Shown one piece after another: positions 26,162 to 40,175 of a stretch of DNA of 64,000 nucleotides (position 1 is the stretch's first letter; every line of letters begins with the position of its first letter). The stretch is from Octopus bimaculoides. Taxonomy: Eukaryota. The notes beneath the pieces are model-generated. The model saw only the letters and a program-made list of their open reading frames with translations, did no database searches and had not been told where the DNA came from. The DNA is taken from positions 28,937,027 through 29,001,026 of the forward strand of contig NC_068983.1 of NCBI RefSeq assembly GCF_001194135.2, written 5' to 3'. The translations under genes and the position numbers were made by a program.

Positions 26162-27517
26162 TATATGTGTGTGCGTGTGTGTGTGTGTGTGTAAAATACA
26201 CACACATAATGGGCTTCTGCACAGTTTCTTTCTACCAAATCCATTTACATGTCATAATTCAGTTCAAATCTTCAATAAAAGATAGTAGCTCAAGATGAGC
26301 TGTGGGACTGAAACTGAAACCTTATGCTTGCAAAGCAAACCACTTAACCACATAGCTATGCCTGCATCCATGTTTCACCTTGCATCCAGTACTTATGCAT
26401 TGAACAGAACAGCCATGTCTGAACTTGCATATATTTAACAGAACTAAAAATATTACTTTATATGCAACTATAAACTTTCCATTGAAGCATGATCAAATGT
26501 GACTTATTTTTACCTATTTGTCTAATAAAGAGTTAAAAATAATACAGTGGCTGTTACTAACACAAATATACGATTTAGAACACAATATATTATTTTGAAT
26601 ATCTATAAAGTAGACGACAAGAAAAATTACTGATGCATGATTTTGAAGTGAGAAAGAAAAAGTAAATGTTTGGTGAAGAACAATCGTATCGTATTTAACT
26701 CGAACCAGAAGAAGTATTAATTCTGTGTCAGTTTTAATGAAAAGATGAAATATCTAATACTTTCTGAAAGCTGCATATATGGCTTATGTTTTGCACAAGG
26801 GAGGTTGAACATGAGATAATAAAGGATACATCTTGATATTAGTGGAGATACAGTCTCCTACCATTTGCAGTAGGATGCGGGAACAATAGACAAAAAAAAA
26901 ATTAGTAAATAAATAAACAAATAAAACAACTTGTGGTCATTGACTGTATATAAACAAGGACTGTAAATATTGACTACCATTATTTATAAAATGGACATTA
27001 AAACTACTTGTTTTGGTAACTTCCTCCCTACCTTACCCTCATCAATGGCTACCTTCTTTTGATATTTAATGCTGAAACTTGTTTCAAAAACCCACTGGAC
27101 ATTTTCACAGCATTTTAAGATAATCAATAACCACTTAGCAAACTCATAGTAAATTCCAGGCTCATGCAAAATTTAAGATATGTTTTATTGATTTTGATAG
27201 TATGTTTTTATAGTATTTCAAATGGTATTTCATTTGGCCTCACCAAAAAGAGGCCAAATAATCCTGGAAACTGAAATATCTTTGGCTTTTTGTTGTTGTT
27301 GTTGTTGTTGTTGTTACTGTTGTTTATGGAATTTGAGCAAATTCCCCTGGCTCAGTCTTTTGTGTTGTTGTTATTGTTTATTGTTTACACACATGTGTAT
27401 TCCCACAAACACATACATTCTAAGCGTCCCTGATCTAAAACAGATCTACTGATCAAAGGTACTGTGACCTTTATTTTCAAGGTCACTATGTTTAAAACTA
27501 CACTATCATGCACTGGT

Positions 27518-27905
27518 GGAGGTGCAATGGCCCAGTGGTTAGGGCAGCGGACTCGCAGTCATAGGATCGTGGTTTCAATTCCCAGACCAGGCGTTGTGAG
27601 TGTTTATTGAACGAAAACACCTAAAGCTCCACGAGGCTCCGGCAGGGGATGGTGGCGAACCCTGCTGTACTCTTTCACCACAACTTTCTCTCACTCTTAC
27701 TTCCTGTTTCTGTTGTGCCTGTATTTCAAAGGGTCAGCCTTGTCACACTGTGTCACGCTGAATATCCCTGAGAACTACGTTAAGGGTACACGTGTCTGTG
27801 GAGTGCTCAGCCACTTGCACGTTAATTTCACAAGCAGGCTGTTCCGTTGATCGGATCAACTGGAACTCTCGAAGTTGTATGCGATGGAGTGCCAACAACA
27901 ACAAC
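27518..27905 (+). mobile_element. SINE family B, full length, (CAA)n tail
   Basis: Head GGTGCAATGGCCCAGTGGTTAGGGCAGCGGACTCG...GGTTTCAATTCC; retains many CpGs; other copies at about 6205-6520(-) and 63888-64000(-). Confidence 0.8.
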
Positions 27906-28445
27906 ATTGTCTTACATTGGAAAGTGGATGGTAAAATGGTGATGATGATGATGATACAGTATCATCATCACCAGCATCATCAACATCAGTAGCAGTAGCA
28001 TCATCATCACCACCATTACCATTTAATGCCGGTTTTCCATGCTGGTATGGTTTGAATACTTTGACAGGAGTAGGTGAGTCAAAGGACTGTACCGAGTTCT
28101 ACTGACTGCTTTGGCATGGTTTCTATGGCTGGATGCTCTTCCAAATGCCAACCATTTCACAATGTAGACTGAGTGCTTTTTACATGGCACCAGCACCAGG
28201 GAGGACACCATGTAACTCATAAAACAAGGGCCTCTCAGTTGAGTGGAGGTGTGGTACTGAGGTGATGCAATAGCTGAAATATGATACACGGACAGCAACA
28301 GGTGTCTTGCTGTAAGGGGTAAAACACGGTTACTCCAGTTGGAAAAGAGAAAAAAAATATGGCGGTGAAGATGTATCTGGGCAGACCCTCAAGTGACAAG
28401 AATGTGAACATATATATAAACACACACACAAACACACAAGAAAAA

Positions 28446-28800
28446 AGTTGGGCATTAAAGGCATCAGATATTAGATGTGGTGTGCGAGAAAGACGAATGT
28501 GCTGGTATGGTCATGTGATGCATATAGACAAGCACAGATATGTAAAAATGTGCTGATCTCTGTGGAGGGAACTTTGGAAGAGGTAGACCCAGGAAGACAT
28601 GGGACAAGGTGGTGAAGTGTGATCTTTGAACATTGGACTTCAGAGAGGCAATGACAAGTGACTGAGACATTTGGCAATATGCTGTGCTTGAGAAGCCACA
28701 TCAAGCTAAGTGAAATCATAGCTGTGGCCGATGCCAGTGTCATGTAACTGGTACACATGCTTGTGGTATGCAAAAGCATCTGTGCTGGTGGCACATAACT
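28446..28800 (+). mobile_element. RTE LINE 3' end relic
   Basis: DIRCGVRERRMCWYGHVMHIDKHRYVK...GRGRPRKTWDKVVKCDL C-terminal motifs with frameshifts. Confidence 0.75.
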
Positions 28801-28817
28801 CCAGTCAACCATCTAAC

Positions 28818-29876
28818 ACAGTGGTTCTCAAGCGAAGTCCATAGGCGCAGGAGTGGCTGTGTGGTAAGTAGCTTGCTTACCAACCACATGGTTCCGAGTT
28901 CAGGCCCACTGCATGGCACCTTGGGCAAGTGTCTTCTACTATAGCCTCAGGCCAACCAAAGCTTTGTGAGTGGATTTAGTAGACGGAAACTAAAAGAAGC
29001 CTGTCGTATATATGTATATATATATGTGTGTGTATGTATATGTTTGTGTGTCTGTGTTTGTCCCCCCAACATCGCTTGACAATTGATGCTGGTGTGTTTA
29101 CATCCCCGTAACTTAGCGGTTCAGCAAAAAGAGACCGATAGAATAAGTACTAGGCTTACAAAGAATAAGTCCTGGGGTCGAATTGCTCAACTAAAGGTGG
29201 TGCTCCAGCANNNNNNNNNNAAGTAGCTTGCTTACCAACCACATGGTTCCGAGTTCAGGCCCACTGCATGGCACCTTGGGCAAGTGTCTTCTACTATAGC
29301 CTCAGGCCAACCAAAGCTTTGTGAGTGGATTTAGTAGACGGAAACTAAAAGAAGCCTGTCGTATATATGTATATATATATGTGTGTGTATGTATATGTTT
29401 GTGTGTCTGTGTTTGTCCCCCCAACATCGCTTGACAATTGATGCTGGTGTGTTTACATCCCCGTAACTTAGCGGTTCAGCAAAAAGAGACCGATAGAATA
29501 AGTACTAGGCTTACAAAGAATAAGTCCTGGGGTCGAATTGCTCAACTAAAGGTGGTGCTCCAGCATGGCTGCAGTCAAATGACTGAAGCAAATACAAGAG
29601 TAAAAGAGTAAAGAGTATGGCACCTGAGGGTCCATATAAGATTTTGGGAGGTTCACACAGCAAAATGGTAAATTTGGGATTCACATTAATATGCTAAGGG
29701 CCTCTGAAGAAAATTTGCTTTGGATGTATGTATTGGTATGTATTGCAAGAAACAGCTAGGTTTGTTTCTCCAACATTTTACATAGTTCAACCTACACAAG
29801 GCTAAGGGGTCCACCAAAATAAAATAGCAATCAAAGGGATCCATAGATCAAAAAAAAAATGGTTGAGAACTCCTGG
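28818..29876. mobile_element. hAT MITE interrupted by SINE family A (28844-29614, duplicated across a 10-N gap)
   Basis: CAGTGGTTCTCAA at 28819 and TTGAGAACTCCTG at about 29864-29876; SINE A lies between them. Confidence 0.6.
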
Positions 29877-29920
29877 CCTAACCCATACCAGCATAGAAAG
29901 CAGATGCTAAATTATGATGA

Positions 29921-29954
<34 letters not shown>

Positions 29955-30967
29955 TCANNNNNNNNNNNNNNNNNNNNNNNNNNNNNNNNNNNNNNNNNNN
30001 NNNNNNNNNNNNNNNNNNNNNNNNNNNNNNNNNNNNNNNNNNNNNNNNNNNNNNNNNNNNNNNNNNNNNNNNNNNNNNNNNNNNNNNNNNNNNNNNNNNN
30101 NNNNNNNNNNNNNNNNNNNNNNNNNNNNNNNNNNNNNNNNNNNNNNNNNNNNNNNNNNNNNNNNNNNNNNNNNNNNNNNNNNNNNNNNNNNNNNNNNNNN
30201 NNNNNNNNNNNNNNNNNNNNNNNNNNNNNNNNNNNNNNNNNNNNNNNNNNNNNNNNNNNNNNNNNNNNNNNNNNNNNNNNNNNNNNNNNNNNNNNNNNNN
30301 NNNNNNNNNNNNNNNNNNNNNNNNNNNNNNNNNNNNNNNNNNNNNNNNNNNNNNNNNNNNNNNNNNNNNNNNNNNNNNNNNNNNNNNNNNNNNNNNNNNN
30401 NNNNNNNNNNNNNNNNNNNNNNNNNNNNNNNNNNNNNNNNNNNNNNNNNNNNNNNNNNNNNNNNNNNNNNNNNNNTATATATATATAGGTAGTTTCTGCT
30501 ACCAAATTTCACACACAAGGTATTGGTAAACCCAAGAATATTGTAGAAAACACTTGCTGAATGTGCCATGCAGTGGTATTGAACTTGAGACCACATGATT
30601 GCAAATCAAATTACTCTAACATACAACTATGTCTGCATCTGTTATATTATGAGAGATGTGGGCATTATATATAAGCAGCTATATTAAATGTGTGTGTGTG
30701 TGTGTGTGTGCACGTGCATATATGCATGTTTGTGCATGTGTATAAGCAAAACTATAAATATATATATATATATATAAGGAGACAGGACAGCAGAACAAAG
30801 AGCATTATTCCCAGACAATCATCCACAGCATGGCAGGGTATGCAGTATGAATCAATACCAATGGGAAGTATCATATAGCCAAGAGATTCCAAGCATTCAT
30901 TCATTTGTCTCTGTAACATAGCTGTACTCAAACAGTGAAGGTAAGAATGAATAGACAGATAGATAGA

Positions 30968-31017
<50 letters not shown>

Positions 31018-31044
31018 TAAATAAGTAGACATATAGAGGTGTAG

Positions 31045-31085
<41 letters not shown>

Positions 31086-31111
31086 AATAAGTGTAGATTA
31101 ATAGATTGATT

Positions 31112-31187
<76 letters not shown>

Positions 31188-31222
31188 TAGATAGACATAT
31201 AGAGGTGTAGATTGAGAGAGAA

Positions 31223-31295
<73 letters not shown>

Positions 31296-33332
31296 AGGAG
31301 AGGGAGGAAATCATAAGAAATTATAATACATTTTATTAAGAAGTATTTTGACAAAGCTGCACTCTACACTTTCTTATCATACTTATGTATGAGTAAATAT
31401 TTGAATAGAGTTTTACAAAATTTTGAAGTATTTTCCCCTTATACACAGTCTAATACAAAATTACTTTGAAGCATGAAGCTTGGCTTAGACTAACAATGAA
31501 ATTTTGAAATGCTTTCCCTTTGTGTACAAACTAACATAAAATGCTTGTCATGTATATTACTCTTAAGTTAAGCTTCATACACTGACCAGCATAATACCTG
31601 AATATACAGTCTCTATTATGATGTATGTTGCTATAAGATTTAGAACTTCAATATATGATTTTATCAGAGTCTAAAATTCTATTTGAAAAAAAAAAAATAA
31701 AATTGAATAGCAAATGTTAACATTACTGAGAACCTTACAGAAGTGAGTACTGAATATTAGCAAGAACACAGCTTACTGTACAACAGAACCTTTACAATGA
31801 AGCCTTAGAAATTGATGGTAAAACATTAGACAAGAGAACACAATGCAGTTCTATTTGAAAAGGTCAAAGGTCAATAAGGAAAAAGGATGAGAGCATTGTG
31901 TGTGGCAATTAATTTAATTTTAGCTAAGAAGAGAATGGATTTTCATTATATGTCAGAGTTCAAGTAGATTCACATGTATTTTTTTTTTTTTTTTGCTATA
32001 TTTTGCTATATTTTTTTAACCCAATAGATTTGAATGGAACTTAAAAAGAACCTTCTGAATAAAAATATATAGAGACATTGAATAAGAACGATAGAAAATT
32101 CTGACTATCATGAACATCATTTGACACTAAACAATAAAAGATGCATTCTTCTGAACTACAAATGGAGCTTCTACAAGGTCTTGTTTGACCTGTTATAAAC
32201 AGTAGCCAAATCTCCCTCAAATTACAATATAGTCTTAGATATAGCTTAGAAAGATGGCACTGTCATGGTTGGAACCTGGGACTGAACAACAACAAAGCCT
32301 GCTAGAAATAGCAACTAAACCCCTCTTGTAATCACACTATAATCTTAAAAACACTAGAAACACATTGGACAGTGTAATGTTCAATATATAACAGATATGA
32401 TGGCCATGACTGGAATACCTTTGAGCATTGATCCACCTGATCAGAGCTGACCTGGAGCTAAAGAATATCCTGCTTCCTTCAAGCATCACATTTGAATGCA
32501 TTTTCAATAGGCACAAGTATAGCTGTGTAGGGGTGTTGGCATAACTGGGTAGTTAAGAAGTTAATTTCCAAACCACATTGTTTTTGGTTCAATCCCACTG
32601 CATGGCACCTTGGATAAGTGTATTCTACAATAGCCCCCTAGCTGACATAAGCCTTGTGAGTAGATCTGGTAGACAGACACTGAATAGAGGTCTGCTGTAT
32701 GACTTCATATTTTCCATGTCAATACATCTATTTTGCCTGTTGATTATAAACAACAGCTTTGCTAACAGTGTTATCAACTTGAAGTCCATTGCAAAATGCA
32801 CGTTCAGGTTTCCTGATACATTGTACAATCTTTGTAAACAAAAGGCTCGTTTATTAGTTGCTGTTTGTTTGTTTGTTTCTTGTTCTCCACATAAACATGT
32901 CTGGGTTGCTTGTTGTTCAAATGCTTGAGGGATTATTACCTTATTTGGAGACCAGTGAAAGCCAGCAACTAGGAGGGCACCTGTCCATAGAAAACTCACC
33001 AGCCTCAGAGGTACTGCAAAGAAAGAGTCATGTGTATGACCCTTTGTTTTCAACTAAGTCATAAATCAACAAACAAAAGGTTGTATCAAAGTATGACCAT
33101 CACTACATAACAAAATGTGATAATTCATTCCCCTCCTACTCCCATTTATTTTCACACATTTTTTAAATATATTTTTTAGTTATTTTCTTCTTTTTTTTTA
33201 AATAATAATGGTTTCAAATTTTGCATCGACCCCAGTTCTTGACCAGGTACTTATTTTATCAACTCCAAAAGGATGAAAGACAAAGTCAACCTCAACGAAA
33301 TTTGAACTCAGAATATAAAAATGGATGAAATT

Positions 33333-33832
33333 CTTATTTCTTTATTGCCCGCAAGGGGCTAAACATAGAGGGGACAAACAAGGACAGACAAAGGAATTAA
33401 GTCGATTACATCGACTCCCGTGTGTAACTGGTACTTAATTTATCGACCCCGAAAGGATGAAAGGCAAAGTCGACCTTGGTGGAATTTGAACTCAGAACAT
33501 AATGGCAGACGAAATACCGCTAAGCATATCGCCCAGCGTGCTAACGTTTCTGCCAGCTTGCTACCTTGCATATTAATGATTCTGCCAGATCACTGCCATG
33601 ATATATGATACTGATGTTGATTTCAGATTTTGGTACAAGGCCAGCAATTTCAGGGGATGGAATAAATTGATTACATTGACCTCTAGTACTCAACTGGCAC
33701 TTATTTTACCGACCCTGAAAGGATGAAAGGCAAAATCAACATCGGTGGAATTTGAACTCAGAACGTAATGGTAGACGAAATACAACTAAGTATTTCGCCC
33801 AGCATGCTAACGATTCTGCCAGCTAACTGCCT
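33333..33832 (-). mobile_element. Two adjacent SINE family C copies (33333-33562 and 33616-33832)
   Basis: Reverse complements of 12529-12760. Confidence 0.8.
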
Positions 33833-35042
33833 TCGGATGAAATTCTGTTAAGCATTTTGTATTGCATGCTATCAGTTTTACCAGCTTTCAATATAATAAT
33901 AGATGTGAGGATCACAGTTATGTGGCTTGTGGCTTGGTTCTGCTGCTTGGCGCCTTGAACAGACATCTGATATAGCCTCAGGTAAATCAGTGTTTTGTGA
34001 ATGCAATTTGAAGGAGAGAATTGTACAGAATCCTAATGTATGTGTGTGTAAGTGTGTTTGTATTTATATGCGTTTGCATTGTTGAGTTGTTGACTTTGTA
34101 ACTTCAAAAAAAAAAAAACTGAGTCCACCATTTTGATTACAGTATCTCTGAACAATGATTAAACAAAAGTAAAGAACAAATTAATATATTCATATGATGC
34201 ATTTATGGAGAAGTGTAAAGGTAAGAGCTAGAATATAAACAGGTAAATATAGAGTTGGATTGTAGAGTGAGAAAAAGTAAGAGAGAACGAGAAAGGGAGA
34301 ATGACAGAAATCCTGATGGATAGGCAGACTAATGTTAGTATAGTTAGCTAGACTTACAAAGTGAGAGGGAGAAAGTTCAGAGAGAGTGAGAGAAGGGGAG
34401 GAAAGGGAGGAAGAAGGAAAAGAAGAAAAAATGAAACAAATAGAGAACAGCTAGAGACAGATAAAGAGCTGAATGGATAGATAGACAGATAGATGATGGA
34501 TGGATGGAGGGAGGAAGAGATGGATGGATGGACCAATTGATGGGTAGATAGAGAGACAAACAGACAGACAGATAGATGGAGAGATAGATAAACAGACAGT
34601 TCTATAGAGAGACAGAGAGACAAACAGACACACAGCTAGGTAGACAGATGAATGGATAGACGGACAGATACATAGATGGATAGATTTTTACCAGTCTACA
34701 TCAAAGAATTATTGCTTATGGAAGAAATGAACAGTTTAAACATCTTCTATCAAATATTTAATGTTTCATTTTTCCCTCCTAAGCAACAAAAGGCTGCACT
34801 TTTAGCTTCAGAAGTTATATGAGACTGTTATACATAATTGATGTCTTATATTGGGAATAACTGAAGATTTGTAAAGAAAAGCACATAGATACAGCAGAGA
34901 TTCTGAAGCAATTAGTGATAAGGGGGATGGAATACTCAGCCACTTCAACACGTTGATTCAAAGTAGTTCAAACAACTGAATGTTTATTGTTGAATTTGAC
35001 AGAGGATCCATTTTAATTCAATGTAATAGAGATAATGCAATA

Positions 35043-35598
35043 GGCATAGGTGTAGTCCTGTGGTAAGAAGCTTGCTTCCCGGTCACATGGTTCTTCCCAG
35101 TCACATGGTCACATTCTTCCCAGTCACATGGTTCTTCCCAGTCACATGGTCACATTCTTCCCAGTCACATGGTTCTTCCCAGTCACATGGTTCTTCCCAG
35201 TCACATGGTCACATTCTTCCCAGTCACATGGTCACATTCTTCCCAGTCACATGCCACTGTGTGGCACCTTGGGCAAGTGTCTTCTACTACAGCCTCAGGC
35301 TAACAAAAGCCTTGTGAGTGGATTTGGTAAATGGAAACTGAGAGAAGTGTATATGTGTACGCATGTGTATGTGTGTGTGCATATGTTTTTGTGTGCGTCC
35401 CCACCACTACTTGGCAACTGGTGTTGGTTTGTTTACATAACTTAGCAGTTCAGCAAAAGAGACTGACAGCATGAATACCAGGTTTTAAAATAAATAAATT
35501 AATTAATACATTAATACTGAGGTTGATTCATTCAACTAAAATTCTTTAAGGTGATGCCGCAGCATGGCCACAGTTTAATGGCTGAAACAAAGTAAAAT
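35043..35598 (+). mobile_element. SINE family A with a minisatellite (35082-35253) replacing the B-box region
   Basis: Head TGTAGTCCTGTGGTAAGAAGCTTGCTTCCC, then 18/23-bp GTCACATGG units, then resumes CCACTGTGTGGCACCTTGGGCAAG. Confidence 0.8.
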
Positions 35599-36189
35599 AG
35601 ATAATGTTGTTTACAGCTAGCTCTCTGAAATTAATCCTGAAACCAAAATCTCACCAAAACTTCCAATATTTTCTTTTACTAATTTACAACCATACATTTT
35701 TATGCTTGGTTTCATTTTTATTTTTGTTACAAATATTGTTGGAGCAAGTGTTTTTACAATAAGATGGTCTGCTTAGAACCAACCACTTAATGATGAAATG
35801 GAGTTGCCACTTATTTTCAAACTAAGTAGACTGAAATAAACAAGGTATGGTGAGTGGCCAAAAGAAACATAGATACAGCAGAGATTAACAAGTCTTTTGT
35901 TTATCTAAAGTCACTTCTGGTTATTTAACATCCCACTCAAAAGGAGGCAAAATTTTCATTTGTAAATATTGCTGTTGTTTGTTCTTGTTTAACCCCCAGC
36001 TCAGATTCTGATTAGGTAAATCTATGATCAAAGATATTCCCAAAATGACCATCCCAAATGTTCATTAGTATTTTAAACAATATCATCTAATGCAACATTT
36101 CTTATAGTGGGATATTCTTTGTTTCTTTCATGCTTTTTTTTTGTGGATTAGGGGCAGGGGTAATTTGATGGTATGCTCAAAATGGAATG

Positions 36190-38458
36190 TTAGATGAGTG
36201 ACAGGGAGAAGAGAGGTTGCGAAGGTGAGTGAACTGGATAAGAGAGAGAAGGAGCAGGAGTATGTAGAGGAACTGAGAGGGGAATATGGACAGGTTAAGA
36301 AACAGGAGGTAGGAGATGTGGAGGAGGAGTGGGAGGCCTTTAGAAAGGCAGTAATGAGATGTGGTACTCAAGTGGTTGGAATGGGTGTGAGGAAAGGTGG
36401 TGAGTGGTGGAATGAGCAGGTAAGGGATTCAGTGGCAAAGAAGAAAAGGGCCTTTGAAGAGTGGTTGCAGAAAAGGGATGGAGAAGCTTATGGTCGCTAC
36501 AGAGAAGCAAAGAGGAGAGTAAAGAGAGTGGTGAGGGTGGTGAAATGGGAGGCGAGTGAAAGGTTCGNNNNNNNNNNNNNNNNNNNNNNNNNGGGGGGGG
36601 GGGAAGCTGAGTGGACATTTTGTAAGAAATGAAAAGATTTTTTGGAAAGAGATACAGAGGGTAAGGAAGGTAGTTGGAGGGAGGGAAGAAAGGGTGAAGG
36701 ATGTAAATGGAAATTTGTTGAAAGGAAGTGAGGATGTACAAAGGAGATGGGAAGAGTATTTTGGTGAGCTGTTAAATGTGGAGGACAATAGGGATGATGC
36801 AAGTACAGTGGCTGTAGGAGGAGGGAGGAGAATGCCTGTTGTTGGGGAAGGGAACTACGGTGCAGTTGGAAGGGAGGGGATGAGGGGATCCTTGCAGAAG
36901 ATGGCCAACTGGAAGGTGCCAGGTATAGATGGGTGTACAGTTGGATGCTTAAAGAAGGGAGAAGAGACAGTGATTGAATGGTTAGTGAGGGCCATGAATG
37001 TTTGTTATATGGCTGGAAGAGTACCAAAGGATTGGTGCTGTGCCTGTATAGTGTCATTGTACAAGGGGAAAGGGGATAAATGTGAGTGTGGAAATTTTAG
37101 GGGTATAAGCCTGTTGTGTGTGGTTGGTAAACTGTATGGGAAAATTCTGATTGTAAAGGTGAGGAACCAGACAGAGAGTGTACTAGGGGAGGATCAGTGT
37201 GGTTTTAGGAATGGAAGGGGTTGTGCAGATCAGATATTTGTAGTAAGGCAGATGTCAGATGTGTGAGAAGTTTTTGGCAAAAGGGAGAAATATATTTTGG
37301 GCCTTTATGGACCTAGAGAAGGTATATGACTGTGTGGATAGGGATGCAATGTGGGTGGAGTTGTGGTTGTATGGAGTAGATGGTAGATTGTTAAGAGCTG
37401 TACAGAGATTCTATAGAGAAAGTAGGGCATGCGTTGGGGTGGATGGTGAAGTAAGTGAGTGGTTTAATGTGAAGGTGGGGGTTAAGACAGGGTTGTGTGA
37501 TGTCTCTAAGGCTGTTTAATCTATATATGGATGGTGTGGTGAGAGAGGTGAATGCTAGAACCTTTGGTAGGGGAGCCCAAATGGTGAGAGAAAATGAAGA
37601 GAAATGGCAAGTGAGTCAGTTGTTATTTGCTGATGATACAGCACTGGTGGCAGATTCAGAAGAGCAACTGAGGAGACTGGTGATAGAGTTTGGAAGAGTG
37701 TGTGAGAGGAGGAAACTGAACGTAGCTAAGAATAAGGGGATGAGATGTTCAAGAGATGGAATGGCTGGTAGGATGAATGTGAATATAAATGGTGAGATGT
37801 TAGAGGAGGTGAGTGTTTTCAAGTATCTGGGATCACGTGACAGTGGATTGGCTGAGGAAGTGGGATATAGAGTGAGGAAGGGAAGTAAGATACTTGGAGT
37901 TGTGAAAGGTATCAAAGTTGTGAGAGATAAAAGGTTGAGTATGAAAGTGAAAAGAGGTGTGTATGAGGGCATGATTGTGCCGACAATGTTATAAGGTGCA
38001 GAGATGTGGGAGCTGAGAGAGGCGGAAAGAAGGTGACTAGATGTGTTTGAGATGAGATGTTTGAGAGCTATGGTTGGTGTGACACAGATGTACAGGATGA
38101 GGAAGAAGGAGGTGTGAAGGCAAGCAGGGATGAGAGAAAATCTAACAACCAAAATGGATAGACAAATGTTGAAGTGGTTTGGCTACATGGAGAGGATGGA
38201 TGAGGAGCAGATGGTAAGGAGGGTTATGAAGGCAAAAGTGGTAAACAGCAGAACCAGAGGTAGACCTCAGTTTGTATGGATGGATGAAGTGAGGAAAGCT
38301 TTGGTGGTTAGAAGTGTTGGAGTGAGAGAGGCAAGAGAGTTTATAAATGATAGGAAAGCTTGGAGAGTGATTGTGGATGGATGATTGAATTGATGTTGTA
38401 TGGAACCCTAACCCCCTACTAAAAGAATGGGGAATAGGCCTGGGTATATATAAAAAAA
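36190..38458 (+). mobile_element. 5'-truncated, frameshifted RTE-clade LINE (RT domain and C-terminus)
   Basis: Consecutive ORFs 36198-38384: WWNEQV, CIVSLYKGKGDKCECGNFRGISLL, QCGFRNGRGCADQIF, FMDLEKVYD, LFNLYMD, QLLFADDTALV, FKYLGS, LKWFGYMERM, RGRPQFVWMDEV. Purine-rich compared with flanks. Confidence 0.95.
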
Positions 38459-40175
38459 TTATTTCAGTCATTTGACTGCAGCCATGCTGGAGCACCACCT
38501 TAAAGCCTCCTAGTTGAAGAAATCAACCCCAAGACTTATTCTTTGTAAGTCTAGTACTTATTCTATCGGTATCTTTTGCCAAACCACTAAGTTACAATTA
38601 TGTAAACACACCAACATCAGTTGTCAACTGATGGTGGGGGCACAAACACAGACAAAGACACACACACACAACCATATACATATACAACAGGCTTCTTTCA
38701 GTTTCCGTCTACCAAATCATCCACTCACAATGATAATCAATGAAATTCCAAGACATATTTCAGTATTATTAGACCTCATAAGGGAAGAATAGTTTAACCA
38801 TGACTATTAGATTTACTAGAGAGAGAGAATATACAAGATATTTCTGAAAGAATATAAAGTATGCTGTAGTTTATGCGATTAAACTTGCCATAAAAGAAAC
38901 TACTGAAGAAAACCGAAATGCAAAAAAATAAAAAGCTCCAAGAATGTAAATTTTGTCAATAGAACATATAACAGTCTTTATTTTCCATGGTTTCTAAAAA
39001 TAAAAAGTTGATCAAAATTATTAAACAATTTTTTTCTTCCTAACAGAGAATTAATTAAAACATGCTGCCATTCTTCCTTGAATTAAAAATCTTCTTTTCA
39101 ATTGTATTCTTCCTCATCTATTATCAAAAGAAAAAAAAAACAGCTAGTATCTATTGTTGTTGCTGTTGTTTTTTTTTATTGTTATTGTTGTTGTTTTGGG
39201 AGAAATCATAGCAAGAGATCTATAAAGTTATCTGAGAACAATGAACATACTGTTACACTGTAGAATGGGTACTGATAAGTGAACTTTGTTATATGTCTGG
39301 TTGAAATGACTTAGCACTAAACAGCAGGAAGTATAGAGCAGACGAAATCAAGTTTTCAATATGGCTGAGGGAAAATGTTTCAGAGGAATATTCATCATCA
39401 TCATCATCAGCAGCAGCAGCAGCGTGGCATTTGATGTCAAATTTTCCATGCTTGCATGGGTCAGATAGAATATGTTAAGGCAGATTTTCTAGGGTCGGAT
39501 GCCCTTCCAGTCATGTAACCCTCACCTGTCTCCAGGCAAAATAATATTTGCCAGATATGGTTTTTACAGAAAATTGCACATGAACAACACTGCTTGTATG
39601 ACACTGATGCTCATTTACAACCATCACAGGACAAGGGTAGGCACAAAGTCACTCACACACATACAGCACAAGCTTCTCAACCACATTAGCATTGCTTTTT
39701 CTCCTATAAATGACTAAATGACTAACAAAATAAAAAAAAAAAAGCTTATGGTAAAATGAATTTATTTAATGGCTATGATTCTTTGCAAACCTCCAAAATT
39801 TTTTGGGGGGAAGGGAGAAAGCTGCAAGCATTCAGACCTTACCAGACAGAAAATCTGACTTGAATACTTGCAAAAGAGTGAAGTCCAGTAAAATCACTTG
39901 GAAGCCAAGTGATGGCATTAAGCCAAGTGACGGACTAAGTCTTCTCTCAACAAACAGAAACAGTCCCTCTGATACGCTTTCACACAATTTCCATAAGTCA
40001 CATTTCACTTAGAAGGCTTTGGGCCAAGCAAGATGCCTAAGTGCAGCACAGCACAATTGATTCCAAAACTATGTGATCATGAAGTGAACTTCCTGTACAC
40101 ACAGCCATTATCAATATTTTAATATCTTCTATCTAAAGATGACATTCATTGAACAGGTTAATTAAAATAACATGT

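Noticed and set aside
26984-27169. Minus-strand ORF with possible donor GG|GTAAGG near 27040
   Set aside because: Short, no homology recognised, ambiguous acceptor; insufficient support.
28844-29614. Apparent tandem duplication of a SINE A copy
   Set aside because: The two copies are identical and separated by a 10-N gap; most likely overlapping contig ends.
36177-38498. Minus-strand ORFs over the RTE element
   Set aside because: Antisense shadows of a purine-rich LINE; Ser/Leu/Pro/Phe-rich with no motifs.
39892-39912. Perfect 9-bp hairpin ATCACTTGG-AAG-CCAAGTGAT
   Set aside because: Lies beside a decayed SINE head and has no terminator or ribozyme context; short palindromes of this size are expected.
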